NCBI GenBank assembly: GCA_051294905.1
Contig: CM119371.1
Span: 35,280,001 to 35,344,000 of the forward strand
Length of the DNA stretch: 64,000 bases
Source of the DNA: Botryllus schlosseri
Taxonomy: Eukaryota
Direction: 5' to 3'
Below, piece after piece: positions 26,636 through 39,259 of this stretch. The translations under genes and the position numbers were made by a program. The notes below the pieces were generated by a model. The model made no database searches, had not been told where the DNA came from, and saw only the letters and a list, made by a program, of their open reading frames with translations. The number at the start of each line of letters is the position of its first letter. Within the stretch, counting starts at the first letter, position 1.

Positions 26636-27275
26636 CAGTGATTCTCAATTTTTGTTTCAACGCGGACCGGTAAAATTTCGAATCGAATTTTGCGTAACAG
26701 TGACCCCTACAAAATCAAAATTAACCGTGATTTAATTACGTCAAAAGTATGCAACTCAAATATACTGAATAAAACTTGATTTCATACTGCCTTTTTTATA
26801 TTAGATATGTATGTGTGGTTGTATTAAAATTTCCCCGAACAGAGTTAGCATTCAGCATTCCTAACAGTTTGAACGTCAAGACTTGGACTCGTTCAAGATC
26901 GTTGATGCGACATCTTCAAGGATAAATATGTATGACCCGAACTTTGAAACATGCATGCTGGTATCAAAAATCATGAGTGTGACACTTGTAGGAAAGCATT
27001 TACTTGGAAGGCTCACCTCAACCTTCATTTGGACTCGTAATTGTCGTTCGAATGTCGTCACTGGAGACGGCGTGAACTTCAAGAAAAATAGAATATGTTT
27101 CAAGGCCTAATGTTACTTCACGAAATTCTTAACTACTTCAAAATTTGATGTAATATATTTTCTATCAATGGAAAAGCCTTCAACATCTTGCATCTTGAAA
27201 TTAAGGTAAAATATTTTGTTTTTCCCTCGCGGACTGGTAGAAAGTACGTCGGGGACCGGCAGTTGAGAACCACTG
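26636..27275. mobile_element. Charlie-like MITE ends enclosing a ZF gene fragment
   Basis: gtctagtg|cagtgattctcaa … ttgagaaccactg|gg gtctagtg; second right end at ~31640-31883, also followed by gtctagtg. Confidence 0.6.
26845..27035 (+). pseudogene. ZF gene 5' module plus one finger remnant
   Basis: gacttggactcgttcaagatcgttgatgcga module followed by MHAGIKNHECDTCRKAFTWKAHLNLHLD. Confidence 0.7.
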
Positions 27276-27666
27276 GGGTCTAGTGAACTTGAATTGGCGC
27301 TCCCCAACCCTTGCTCGCACGCCTTTATCGAAATTGCTGAGAAAATGCTATGAATGTGTAAGGGATATTATGCTTTTTGTTTTACGATGTGGTACAGTAT
27401 GCTTGTATGGCTTGACGATATGTAGTCCTTTGAACTATGATCTGTTCATTTCATTTGATTTTGTTTAATTCATTAGTTTCTATGGTTTTATTTGTATGAT
27501 ATGCATGTATGGCGGTTTTGCTTACTATAATCTGATGGTGCCATTTTTTTAGATTTCGTACCGAAATATCAGATTATCATTAAGCTGAAGTATATGTGTT
27601 GAATTGAGTTGGAAAAAATTTTGGATTCCTGACACTTCAACCTTGAAGACTCGATCAAGATATTTG

Positions 27667-29082
27667 ATGCGACATTTCAGAAAACGAAATTCACACGACT
27701 TCAAGTTTGATATAGACATGCATGCTGGCATCAAAAATCATGAATGTGATGCTTGTGGGAAATCATTCACATCGAAGGGTTACCTTAAGCTTCATTTGGA
27801 CAGGCATGCTGGCGTCACAAATCATAAGTGTGATATATGTGGAAACGCATTCAAATCGAAGGGTGACCTCAAGCTTCATTTGAACATGCATGTTGGCATC
27901 AAAAATCATAAATGTGAAATTTGTGGAAAAGGATATACTCAGAAGGGAAACCTCAAGATTCATTTGGACATGCATGCTGGAGTCACAAATCATAAGTGTG
28001 TGATATGTGGAAAAGCATTTGCATCGAAGAGTAGCCTCGAGTGTCATTTGAAAGTGCATGCTGGCATTAAAAATCAAAAATGTGACATTTGTGGGAAAGC
28101 GTTCACTCAACTGGCTCATCTGAAGATTCATTTGTACATGCACACTGGCATCAAAAATCATGAATGTGATATTTGTGGGAAAAGATTCACTCATCAGGGT
28201 GACCTCGGGATTCATTCGGACAGACATGCTGGGGTCACAAATCAGAAGTGTGATATCTGTGGAAAAGCATTTACAATAAAGCGTGACCTCAAGCGTCATT
28301 TATACGTGCATGCTGGCGTCACAAAGCATAGGTGTTATATATGTGGAAAATCATATACATTGAAGAGTTACCTCAAGCATCATTTGAACATGCATGCTGG
28401 CATCAAAACTCATGAATGTAATATTTGTGGGAAAGCATTAACATCGGAAGGTAACCTCAAACATCACTTGAACATGCATGCTGGCATCAAAAACCATAAA
28501 TGTGATATTTGTGGAGAAGCATTTAGTCGGAAATGGGGTCTCAAGCGTCATTTGGACATGCATGCTGAAATCAAACATCATAAATGTGATACTTGTGGGA
28601 AAACATTCTCATCAAAGAGTTACCTCAAGCTTCATTTGGACATGCATGCTGGCGTCGCAAATCCCAAGTGTGATATATGTGGAAAATCATTTACATTGAA
28701 GGGTAACCTGAAGCGTCATTTGGACATGCATTCTGGCATCAAAATTCATAAGTGTGAAATTTGTGGGAAAGCATTTTCATTGAAGGGTAGCCTCAAGATG
28801 CATTTGAAAGTGCATGCTGGCGTAAAAAATGATGAATGTGATATTTGTGGGAAAGCATTTACTCAACTGGTTCATCTAAAGCTTCATTTGGACATGCATG
28901 CTGTCATCAAAAATCATGAATGTGATATTTGTGGGAAAAGATTTATTCATAAGGGTGACCTGTATTCGGACAGACATGCTGGTGTCACAAATCATCATTG
29001 TGATATATGTGGGAAAGCAATTACATTGAGTGGTGACCTCAAGCGTCATTTGGACATGCTGGTGTCACAATCACAAGTGTGA
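27667..29082 (+). CDS. C2H2 zinc-finger protein ZF-d, 14 intact + 2 damaged fingers
   Basis: First ATG at 27667. Finger 15 has a 3-codon deletion (HKGDLYSDRH) and finger 16 loses its second His by frameshift. More decayed fingers follow to ~29350. Confidence 0.82.
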   Translation: MRHFRKRNSHDFKFDIDMHAGIKNHECDACGKSFTSKGYLKLHLDRHAGVTNHKCDICGNAFKSKGDLKLHLNMHVGIKNHKCEICGKGYTQKGNLKIHLDMHAGVTNHKCVICGKAFASKSSLECHLKVHAGIKNQKCDICGKAFTQLAHLKIHLYMHTGIKNHECDICGKRFTHQGDLGIHSDRHAGVTNQKCDICGKAFTIKRDLKRHLYVHAGVTKHRCYICGKSYTLKSYLKHHLNMHAGIKTHECNICGKALTSEGNLKHHLNMHAGIKNHKCDICGEAFSRKWGLKRHLDMHAEIKHHKCDTCGKTFSSKSYLKLHLDMHAGVANPKCDICGKSFTLKGNLKRHLDMHSGIKIHKCEICGKAFSLKGSLKMHLKVHAGVKNDECDICGKAFTQLVHLKLHLDMHAVIKNHECDICGKRFIHKGDLYSDRHAGVTNHHCDICGKAITLSGDLKRHLDMLVSQSQV

Positions 29083-30115
29083 TATATAGAATAGCATTAG
29101 CATCGCTGGGTAACCTCCAGCTTCATTTGAACGAACATGCTGGCATAAAAAAAATCATGAATGTGATATTTGTGGAAAAGCAATAATATCGCAAATGGCA
29201 CCCAAGCATTATTCAGATAGGCATGCTGGCATCAAACATTATTATTGTGTTATTTGTGGGAAAGCATTTACATTGAACATAGCTCTCAAGCTTCATTTGG
29301 GTTTGCATGGTGGCATTAGTAATTAATGTGATGTGACGTAAAATATCGAAAATGTGATATTCACTTTGTAGTGTGCCCTCCAACCTCTTTATATTATTCA
29401 TCATTCACACTAGTCCAGAGCAATGTCTTTCGTAAAACGTGAGGAGATCCGATTTCTTCGCACAATCAAAAATTCCGTACATCACTATTGGAGCGAGTCG
29501 ACTTTTACCGATCTTAAAAAAGATTAGCAACTTTACCACTTGCTGTTGTTGTGACAGCGCTACCCCATGGTTTGTTAACCTCTGGTCAAACGCTTTTGTA
29601 GCCTCACGACGTTGAAACGGAACAAGTGGATTACTGTGAAGTTAATTCTATGTTATGTGTGACGAGAAAAATGATGGTGTATAATCATATTTCGAATAGC
29701 TATTATATCATGCTCCATTTGGCACAGGTGATTTCATCACTCCCTTGATTACTGCACTACCGTACCCAATATGAAAATGGAGATGTCTGGGCTTGCGGAT
29801 CTGGTAAAGTTTGCCATGATACTTTAACAGTCAAGGGCATGGTGACATGTAGGCTGTGTATGACAGTCGCGAAAGTCAGTAGTCGCAAAATTCAAATTGC
29901 ATGTTGACAGCCGGCGACACATGCATGTTGAATTACGTGTACACACCGTGCATATGTTCTTCATCGTCAATTGGCTGGCCGCCGCCGGCGTACAGTGAAC
30001 ACCTTTCTTTCATCGGATAGCAATGTGTTGTTGTGCGTACTTGAATTGGCAGTCCCCAACCCTTGGTCCGATAAATTTTCGGTTGGGCGCATAGTGTGTT
30101 TTGGTGACTCTGAGA

Positions 30116-31099
30116 CAGGAGTGGGCAAGCTACGGCCCGCCGCACTGTTCTGTGCGGCCCGCGAGAGTCTTGAAGAAAATTATCAAAATTTATTGATAAA
30201 ATGATTAATTGATGAATAAAAATTGATAAATGATAAAATCAAATTAATGCAATGACTTAAACTTTTTCTTAGTATATTTCACTATGGTAATTCTAAGGCA
30301 GTGATTCTCAAACCGGGGGCTCCACCCCTTGGGGCCGTGAAAGCATCAGAAGGGGTCGCGTCGCCGAGCTCAACTGAAAAAAAAATTCGCGCCCTGCGCG
30401 ATTTACATCCATTCATAGTTAATTGCTCTGTATTTAGTTTAAATTTTATATTTCAAAACCTCCAATCAACAGTCGTAACCTTCCATGCCATCAAACTATC
30501 AGTTTGACTTGCTTGCATCCTGGTTGCGTTTTGTGATATGACGGTAAGGGGTGCGTGAAATCTTTCACCATCATAAGGGGGAGGGTGTCTTGAAAAGTTT
30601 GAGAATCCCTGTTCTAAGGTAAATACTTGTTATATCATTTTTTATGTTTAATTTCTTGCGCAACAGCTCGATTTCAAGCCCCAAGCATTTTGAAAGGTCT
30701 TAACTGCTAAACATCACAGAAATCTAAACGAGATTGACCTAATTCGGATCAGTAGTGTAATTTAAGATGGACCACTCCAGTTTAATGTATGTGCTTATAA
30801 TTTATCTACACACAGTAGAAGCGTGCCTGAAGCTAACATCGTTATTATGCTGTCAGCATTGTGTGTCCTGGAACTGAACCAAGAGTGGAAATCTTGCCAC
30901 TGTTTGTGACGAGTGTACGATATCATCCAACCAATGTTTGGTTTATTTAAATAAGCATATATATTATCTCCATGTCCTCACTATCTAATCTAAACCAATA
31001 TTGCGTTTTGGTTTATAATCCCAATTTTTTATAGTGCGGCCCGCAAATGGATTGAGATGTTGAATGTGGCCCGCGAGCTCAAAAGTTTGCCCACCCCTG
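30116..31099. mobile_element. Charlie-like MITE with nested Charlie-like MITE (30299-30611)
   Basis: Outer: caggagtgggcaa … ttgcccacccctg, TSD ctctgaga / ctctaaga. Inner: cagtgattctcaaac … gtttgagaatccctg, perfect TSD ttctaagg. Partial paralogous copies at ~41648-42465, ~46897-47455 and ~51605-52420. Confidence 0.88.
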
Positions 31100-32426
31100 C
31101 TCTAAGATATACTAACCACAAATGTCTTTGTCGAGATTGATGAGTAAATGCTATCAACATGTAAGATACATCAGGCTGTTTGTATTACGAAGCGATACGA
31201 TATGCTGGTATAGATTATTGCTATGTAGTCCACTGAACCATCGTTTGTGTATTTCATTTGATTCTGTTGATATATTTTCATGACATACAAGTATAGTGGT
31301 TGTGCTGTTAATAATCTAATGATGCTCTTTTTACAGAATATTTACCAAAATATCAGATTTTGCCAGACAATCACTAAGCTACGGTATACGGTCGAATGAA
31401 CTTGGGAAATATTTAGCATTCCGAACACTTAAACTAGAAGTCTTGGACTCGTTCAATATCGTTGATGCGACATCCCTAACAATAAGTTCATATGAACTGA
31501 AGTTTCATATAGACATGCATGCTGGTATCTATGAACCTGGTGTCCAATATAACTCATCGCTGTCTGCTGTTCCACGCACGTCACGTCAATGAATCGAAAA
31601 TGAATTTACGTACATACTGTGCGGCTCAGATAGTCGCAGCTCGTAATTGTCGCTCGCATGTCGTCACTGTAGACGGCTTGAACTTCAAGAAAAATCTAAT
31701 ATGTTTCAAGGCCTAATGTTACTTCACGAAGTTCTTGACTACTTTTAAAATTTGATGTAATATTTCCTATATCAAAAGACAAGGCTTCAACATCTTGCAT
31801 TTTGAAATTGAGATGACATATTTTGTTTTTTCATTGCGGACTGGCAGGAAGTACGTCTGGAAATGGCAGTTGAGAACCGCTGGTCTAGTGAACTTGAATT
31901 GGCGCTCCCCAACCCTTGGTCGCATGCCTGTATCGAAATTGATGAGAAAATGCTATCAATATTTAAGGTATATTATGCTGCTGGTTTTACGATGTGTTAC
32001 AGTGTGCTGGTATGGCTTGTCGATATGTAGTCCTTTGGGTTGGGGCTAGGGTGACTTGTTGCTTTGATAGGCTGTTTTCTATATCATCGTTCATTACCTT
32101 GTTTTGTTGCGTTTTGGAGAAACATAGAGTATCATACAATTTGAACTCATTTCGAGTTGAATAAACATCAATTCTCTCCATCGGGTTCGCACCTCCCCTT
32201 GGATGCATTCACTTTCCCCAAGCGTCCACCTCCCAATTTCGAGAACAACTGTATTATTCAATAGCCATGAATGTATATGTTCAGTAAAACGTCAATATTT
32301 TCTGGCATTTTAAAATTACGTTCGATGTATACCCCTTTCCCGCACGAAAACATTCAATTTACTGCCTTTTTATGAGTTAATTACTGTGAAACCACTTCAG
32401 GTACATTTTATCAGTACCGGTATTTA

Positions 32427-33289
32427 CCGTAATATCCGAATATAGTGCGCCCCCATGTATAATACGCACCCTTAAAATGACATGCAAATTCTGGGAAAAA
32501 GCCTGTACCCATGTATAGTGCCAGCCCTGCATTCATAGTACATGAGTAGCTGTGTTTTAGTACGCGATGTTGTTCTGTTTTGCGATGTCACTGTCGAACA
32601 ATCATGACATAACCATCGCTAATCATTATGCAATTAACGGCATCGTCTCTAAACGATAGTACAGAGCAGCCAAAGCCTGCGAGGCTGGCGACGCGATAGT
32701 TCAGGCCAGCGACACGACATCTTGCGCACGTGGCCTATTACAGATGCGATTGCTAAAAGTAACGATATTGCCTCTATACGATAGTAGATAGCAGCCAAAG
32801 CCTGCGAGGCCGGCGACGCGACATCTTGCGCATCATGCGGTTGCTCAGTCCAACGATTATGTCTTGCACACCACGCCTGTTGGAGGTGCGACTGATTACG
32901 CAAGCGATTATATTTTGCGCACATGGCCTGTCGATGAATCAGCGACGATTGCCGCGCACGCTTTCAGCAATCAATGCTTGACCTAACTTCGCTTGCGTGC
33001 AAACGGCAAACCAACTCAGAAGGAGATTGCGTGCTGGGCAGACGACTCTCATTAATTGGCAACACGGTTTTTGCTAATTGGTAGCGCGTTACCCTGATAA
33101 TACGAATTACTGAGCACGACCGTGAAAGTGATGCGCGATTGGAAACGAACATGAAGAAAGGTGTGATTTCAAGTTTTTTATCGAGAGAGATTTTTTTCAA
33201 GCGTGTTGTTCCCATGTATAATACGCATCCCCCCGATTTTAGGGCAAAAAATCGTAAAAATTTTGCGGATTATACATGAAATATTACGG
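32427..33289. mobile_element. Tc1/mariner (Tc2/pogo-like) non-autonomous element
   Basis: ta|ccgtaatat … atattacgg|ta; catgtataat(a/g)cgca subterminal motifs; partial copies at ~17885-21672, ~24590-24772 and ~11060-11225 (inverted). Confidence 0.72.
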
Positions 33290-33714
33290 TACTTTTAGAA
33301 AATTCTTTGATTATAAAATGCCCTCTGTGCATCCAAATACATTGTAATGATTTCATGTAGCAAATCAATTTATTCAGTTTACATTTTTGCCATTGCGTCA
33401 GTACCTTTATCATGAAATGCACTGTTTTGCAATTATTGTTCGTATACAGTCCTTCAGAGTACGAATGCCAATTTAATATTCTATTCAACGCCTAAACCTT
33501 CTCACGAGCCTACGCAAGAAATGTATTATCCAAGTACGAAAGTATCTGTGGACAGTTTTCCTTTGCAATATACGTGTCTTCTGCTGACGAAAAGGATGCA
33601 AAGCTAGGCGACATTATCAATTGCAAAATTTCTCCAGATATTTTTCAACAATATTCTCCAAATGTTTTGTATCCTGACGTAGTCTAGACGTGATACTTAT
33701 TATGCCGAGTGATC

Positions 33715-33830
33715 ACTGAGTAATACCTGAGTGATACAGCCGATACCTGAGTGATACAGCTGATACCTGAGTGATACAGCTGATACAACTGCGATACAGC
33801 TGCTACAACTGTGATACAGCTGATACAGTA
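33715..33830. repeat. ~20-bp minisatellite (ctgagtgatacagctgatac), 5-6 copies
   Basis: Directly visible. Confidence 0.85.
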
Positions 33831-34668
33831 AAACGTCAATATTTTCAACAATTTCAATATATTCGTTGTATACCGCTTTTTCATGTGAAAACACTCATTG
33901 TTCACTCATTGCCTTTTTATGATTTTATTACTGTATTAGCGGTTCGACCACATTTTATCGGTATTTCATGCTAGCAGAGAAAGTGTAGATGTGGGGAGAT
34001 CGATTTCCATACACAATGTAGACAAGCCCTCACATTTCAAAGGCTTGCGCATATCACACCAATAATTATCCCGTATACCGCTCAAGTAATCAAATCATTG
34101 GGAAAGGAATCCGTACCTCAGTATTGGAGCAAGTTTGACAACTACAGTTCCAACACTCTTATAGCCTCACCACGTTGAAACGGTACAATTGGATCATTGT
34201 GAAGTGAATTCTATATTCTGTAGGACCAGTAAAATGATGTTTTATCAGTAGATTGCGAACTGCTTGTATTTCTTGCGCCATTTGTCACAGGAGATTACAT
34301 CACCTACTTGTCCTTAGTCAAGAAATCTGTCTGGTTCTCTCGTATATATGACTCGCGGGTTGGATGAATTGTTCTCGATATCACCGTTCATCACCTAGTT
34401 TCTTCCATCTTTGCAAAATGAAGAGTGTCATATAACACAGTTACAGTATGCTGGTATGGGTTGTTGGTATGTAGTCCTCTTCTATGAGCTATCATTTGTG
34501 CATTGTATTTGTTCCATTAATTGTTTTGTATCATATTCAAGGATAGCGTTAGTGCTATCTATTATTTATTGATGCTCTTTGTTTAGATAACTTACCACCA
34601 TATCAGATTGTGCCAAACGGTTCTTAGGCTATTTCTGTGCATGAAGTTGGAAATTTAGTCTTGAACTC

Positions 34669-35859
34669 ATGCATGCTGGTATGAAAAATCAGAAATGTGG
34701 TGTTTGTGGGAAAGCATTCAGTCGGAAGTATGACCTTAAGCTTCATTTGGACATCCATGCTGGCATCAAAAATCACGAATGTGATATTTGTGGGAAAGCT
34801 TTTACATCAAAGGGTAACCTCGAGCGTCATTTGGAAATGCATCTTGGCATCAAAAATCACGAATGTGATATTTGTGGGAAAGCATTTACTCGAAAAGTTG
34901 ATCTCAAGATTCATTCTGACAGGCATATTGGCGTCACAAATCATAAGTGTGAAAACTGTGGAAAAGCATTTGCATCTAAGGGTAACCTCATTCATCATTT
35001 ATACAGGCATGATGGCAACCAAAATTATAAATGTGGTATATGTGGAAAATCATTTTCTTGGAGAGCTGCCTTGAATCGTCATATGGAAATGCATGTTGGC
35101 ATCAAAAATCAAGAATGCAATATATGTGAGAAAGAATTTGCTGTTAAGAGCGACCACAAGCGTCATATGAAAATATGTATTGGTTTTAAAAACCACAAGT
35201 GTGTTATATGTGGAAAAGCATTTAATCAATCTGGTCACCTGAAGCCTCATTTGGATATGCATTATGGCATCAAAAATCATGAATGCGGTATATGTGGGAA
35301 AGCATTTACTCAACCGGGTCATCTGAAGCTTCATTTGGACATGCATGCTGGCGTCAGTCATAAATGTGATATATGTGGGAAATCATTTACTCGTAAGGGT
35401 GACCTCAAGGCTCATTTTGATATGCATGCTGGTGTCACAAATCATGAATGTTGTATATGTTGGAAAAAATTTACATCAAAGGGTAACCTCAAGATTCATT
35501 TGAAAAGGCATGCTGGTGTCAGCCATAAATGTGATATATGTGGGAAAGAATTTACTCACAAGAGCTACCTCAATTTTCATCTGAAAAGGCATGCTGGTGT
35601 CAGTAATAAATGTGATATATGTGGAAAAGAATTTACTGGCAAGGGCAACCTCAGGCTTCATTTGGACACACATGCAGGCGTCACTCATAAATGTGATATA
35701 TGTGGAAAAGCATTCACTCTAAAGGGCAACCTCAAGGTTCATTTGGACACACATGCAGGCGTCACTCATAAATGTGATATATGTGGAAAAGTATTCACTC
35801 TAAAGGGTAACCTCAAGCGTCATATGGTTGGATGCCGGTGTCAAATATTTGAAACATGA
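34669..35859 (+). CDS. C2H2 zinc-finger protein ZF-e, 14 fingers (fingers 6 and 14 are C2HC)
   Basis: ATG-initiated open frame; 28-aa units, then mostly 27-aa units in the C-terminal half; ends HMVGCRCQIFET. Confidence 0.88.
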   Translation: MHAGMKNQKCGVCGKAFSRKYDLKLHLDIHAGIKNHECDICGKAFTSKGNLERHLEMHLGIKNHECDICGKAFTRKVDLKIHSDRHIGVTNHKCENCGKAFASKGNLIHHLYRHDGNQNYKCGICGKSFSWRAALNRHMEMHVGIKNQECNICEKEFAVKSDHKRHMKICIGFKNHKCVICGKAFNQSGHLKPHLDMHYGIKNHECGICGKAFTQPGHLKLHLDMHAGVSHKCDICGKSFTRKGDLKAHFDMHAGVTNHECCICWKKFTSKGNLKIHLKRHAGVSHKCDICGKEFTHKSYLNFHLKRHAGVSNKCDICGKEFTGKGNLRLHLDTHAGVTHKCDICGKAFTLKGNLKVHLDTHAGVTHKCDICGKVFTLKGNLKRHMVGCRCQIFET

Positions 35860-36062
35860 TATTTACTTGGAAGAGTGTCCGCCCACTTCATGATAATTCA
35901 TTATTCCTAATACTCCATAACCATGAATGTGTAATTTTCTGTAAAACGTCAATATTAAGCTATTTGAAATCAGGCTCGATATTTACCACTGTCCCGTGTG
36001 AAAATATTCAAATTGCTGCCTTTTTATGAGTTAATCACTGCCATCATAGGCACCGACTTTAA

Positions 36063-36720
36063 CCCTTTACCCGCGGGTGGATCCTATATGATCCATACAC
36101 AGTTTTTCACCAACACGCTTCAATCAATAAACGACATCTTGCGTTGTAGTGGTCTTAAACGGTTACAGTTATCGTCTATAAATAGCTATTGTCAATGCGC
36201 ATACGAAGTGCCATGTATAAATCATGGCCTGACCGTATAATCTGTTCAAAATGCAGGTTTAATACAGAAAAAACGTTTCCTGCAAAACACAATGTGTAGC
36301 TCAGTTCGCCTGAATGAACGCTAATCTTATAATCCATTATATCTTCCGTTCTACACGTCGTAAGCAGACACAGCTGTCGTTTTAGAGTAGTTGTTGATCG
36401 CAAGAGTTCATTGAAACCATAATATCGGGAATGTAATGTAATGGGTGTGTAAGTTAGGCGAGTACGGTAATCGCGCCTGTAATAACAACATCTTACAGAC
36501 AGTTGAATCATCCGTTTTATATGTTATACGAAGTTACTGTAGACTTCAATGAATACATGTTGATCATATGCCCATATACTGATAAACCTGTATCCGACAT
36601 TCGATGTGTAGAACACGTTTCAAAGTGATAGGAAATGAAGCAGCAAGAGAAATCGTGCGCCTATGAGAAGTGTCAAACAAGGCAATATATTTACTCACGA
36701 TGGCCTTGTGCAGTTGCAAA
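36063..36720 (+). mobile_element. piggyBac-like left-end fragment
   Basis: ttaa|ccctttacccgcg; homologous to ~16060-16800; directly follows a family-A TIR (cataggcaccgactt, 36045-36059). Confidence 0.6.
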
Positions 36721-36842
36721 TTGCACATTTTGTTAGTTATGTGCCATCAATAGTATCTATAAGATCAGTAACACGGATTTTGCATCCGTGTATGGATGGT
36801 ACAACGCCATGTTGACATTTAAAATCGAAAAATAAGTACAAA

Positions 36843-39259
36843 TTAGGCGCCGACTCATGAGGTCACAAGTGATTTGTGACCAGTAATTAGTAATAAGGCG
36901 AATAGATGCAACCTCGTTAGAGACGTCTTCCGATCCCGGCACGCGCGTGAGTCAGCCGCGTAGCAACGGGTGTTTCGGGGGTCAAACTTCCCTATTTGAA
37001 ACGCGAAACCCCGTCATCTTAAAATTATTATTCTAACTCTAATAGCTGCAATTCAATAATTGTGTAATCAGTGTTCCGTGCGTCGGATTTAAAAGAAACG
37101 TATTGTCAACTTGCGAGAAGAATCTGTGAAGATCTCCCACTTGGATGGTCGCGAAATTAGGTCATTCATTCCGGTGCGCGTGGCTGATTTATCGCGTCTC
37201 GATCAAGCCTAGTTCTGCAGGCTTCAACAATCGCATCTGCAATAGGCCCATTTCACACTATATCATCGCTTAACTGCGCAATCGAATCTGCATTGGCGGC
37301 TTTGGCCTGGTGTGCACGATATCATTGCTGGCCTATACAGTAGCATCTGCAATAGGCCTGGAGTGAAAGATATCATTGTTGGCCTATCGCGTCTCAGACC
37401 TAGCATGCTTTGGCTCCTGTCTCTCACGGGTTTCGAGACAATGCGGTCGAGTTTACGCTAATTAGTGAATGTTTTATGTCATATCGATTAGAGAGCGACA
37501 TTGCTAAACTGAATAACATCGAATTGCTGCAAACAGACTTTAACGTGTGAAATTGATTCTCGCTAATACTTGAACGTAACGACCAGAAGGTGTGTATCAT
37601 GTCTCGAGTTCTGAAATACGACAAAGGTTTGAAATCGGTGCAATCAAGTTCGGACATTTTGATTTGCGAAAACTGTGGCCGAGACTGCGCAATATGCGCG
37701 TGCGTATTGAATTGTTAACCAGAGATCAGTGACTGGCTAATGGACAGCACTCCCGGACTCTTTGGTAAGCTTATCATGCGCCTAAAATCGTCGATACGAA
37801 GAGATTATATGATCTCCATTTACATATGTACTTGACCCGAATTGAATTGATGCTATATTATAACATATTTGAAAAAAAATCCGAATCCCCCTAATTTTTG
37901 GACTGGCTTACGTGCCTAGCGTGTGCTGAGAAGCACCATCTTAGATCTGCTCTGCCGACCAGACGCCCAAATATACATTCTGCTTTTCTGAAATCTAAAT
38001 TATGTGCACCCATATTCGTTTACAAAACTATTCATGATCTAGCTAGCTTCGTAATAGGTCGTCGGTGCGCGAAATTGGAGGGTGTGTTGGTATGTGCCTG
38101 CAAATTGGAACTCATTTCTGCACAGATTCGTTTGTCTGACAAGGCTTTGCCAGAGGCATTAATCGGGAAATGCAGCAATACAGCTTAAACACCGATATAA
38201 TGAGAAAACAATTGTCGCGACGAAAGCTACTCAATGCAGTGTCAGACTCAAAGCCGATTTGTTGCGATGCTGATTAGAATACACGCTTTCTCATTTGCCA
38301 TCATGCATATTTCTTGTTATCTACTCGATACATTCGTACTCCGAAATTGTCACACAAAGTCATTTTTCAATGTTCTTTTCATTATTAACGTGATGAATAC
38401 AAGATTGTGGGTGGCACAAATTCTGATTTTTTTCGATTCGTTTGAACAGGGAACCTTCTACATTCCAATAAACTTGATCGCTCTATGTACTCGTATCGAG
38501 AACAACATTATCGAATATTAAACTATTAGGCATTAGGTAGACAGTGGATTTTTATTTGTAAGATCGCGGCATGCGTCCGGAAGTGGAATTAATTCCAGCC
38601 CAGGGGTGGCCAACCCGCGGCCGTAGACCGAAATCTGTGCAGTCGTCAACACGTAATTTCAATTAGTATGCGTTGACGGCCGTCGACATGTATATTGAAT
38701 TTACGAATTGACCGATGTACTCCCGAAATGCTTCGCGAACTTAAATCGGGAAATGCACCAATGTTTTATTTATCAAACAATTGCCGCGATGCGAGTTGGT
38801 CAACGCCAAGCAAGAAATCGCAAGACGCAAGAAACAATGATTGGCTGCGCGATTTCGCGTTTGTAATCATCATTATGGTCTGCTTGAAGTGTTCCAGAGT
38901 TGTCGTGTGTTACTTGCAAGGCCAGTGCGTAGTGTATTTCGTTAGTCACACTGGGCATTGCGCGTAAATATTATTGATGCAACTGCATATTCCGTCAGAC
39001 CGACTGATAGCGCAGGCCGCAATTACACTTCAAATGATCGTACCGTTTTAAGATTCCATTTAATACCTCGACTGCATGGTTTGATATTAATGAGTGCAGG
39101 ACCGATACTAAAACATCACGCGAATGGTTCAACTCTGCAAGTACACCAGCGGCATGTAATAAAGTGTGTTTTCGTGTGACGATGACGTCATCTGTCTGGA
39201 ACAAATATTACGTCACAAGAATTCGCCACCTCGTCAAAAAATAGAAATCGGCGCATATG
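36843..39259 (-). mobile_element. Family-A hAT-like element (inverted) containing an F1-like segment and a Charlie-like end
   Basis: Ends ttaggcgccgact … aaatcggcgcatatg; perfect TSD agtacaaa (36835-36842, 39260-39267); empty site in the paralog at ~48463. Confidence 0.85.

Noticed and set aside
22684..27666. Track ORF starts at TTG/GTG (22684, 27604, also 15327 and 40370) as N-terminal domains
   Set aside because: These are non-ATG starts in a eukaryote. The extensions are not frame-conserved between paralogs and resemble no known effector domain.
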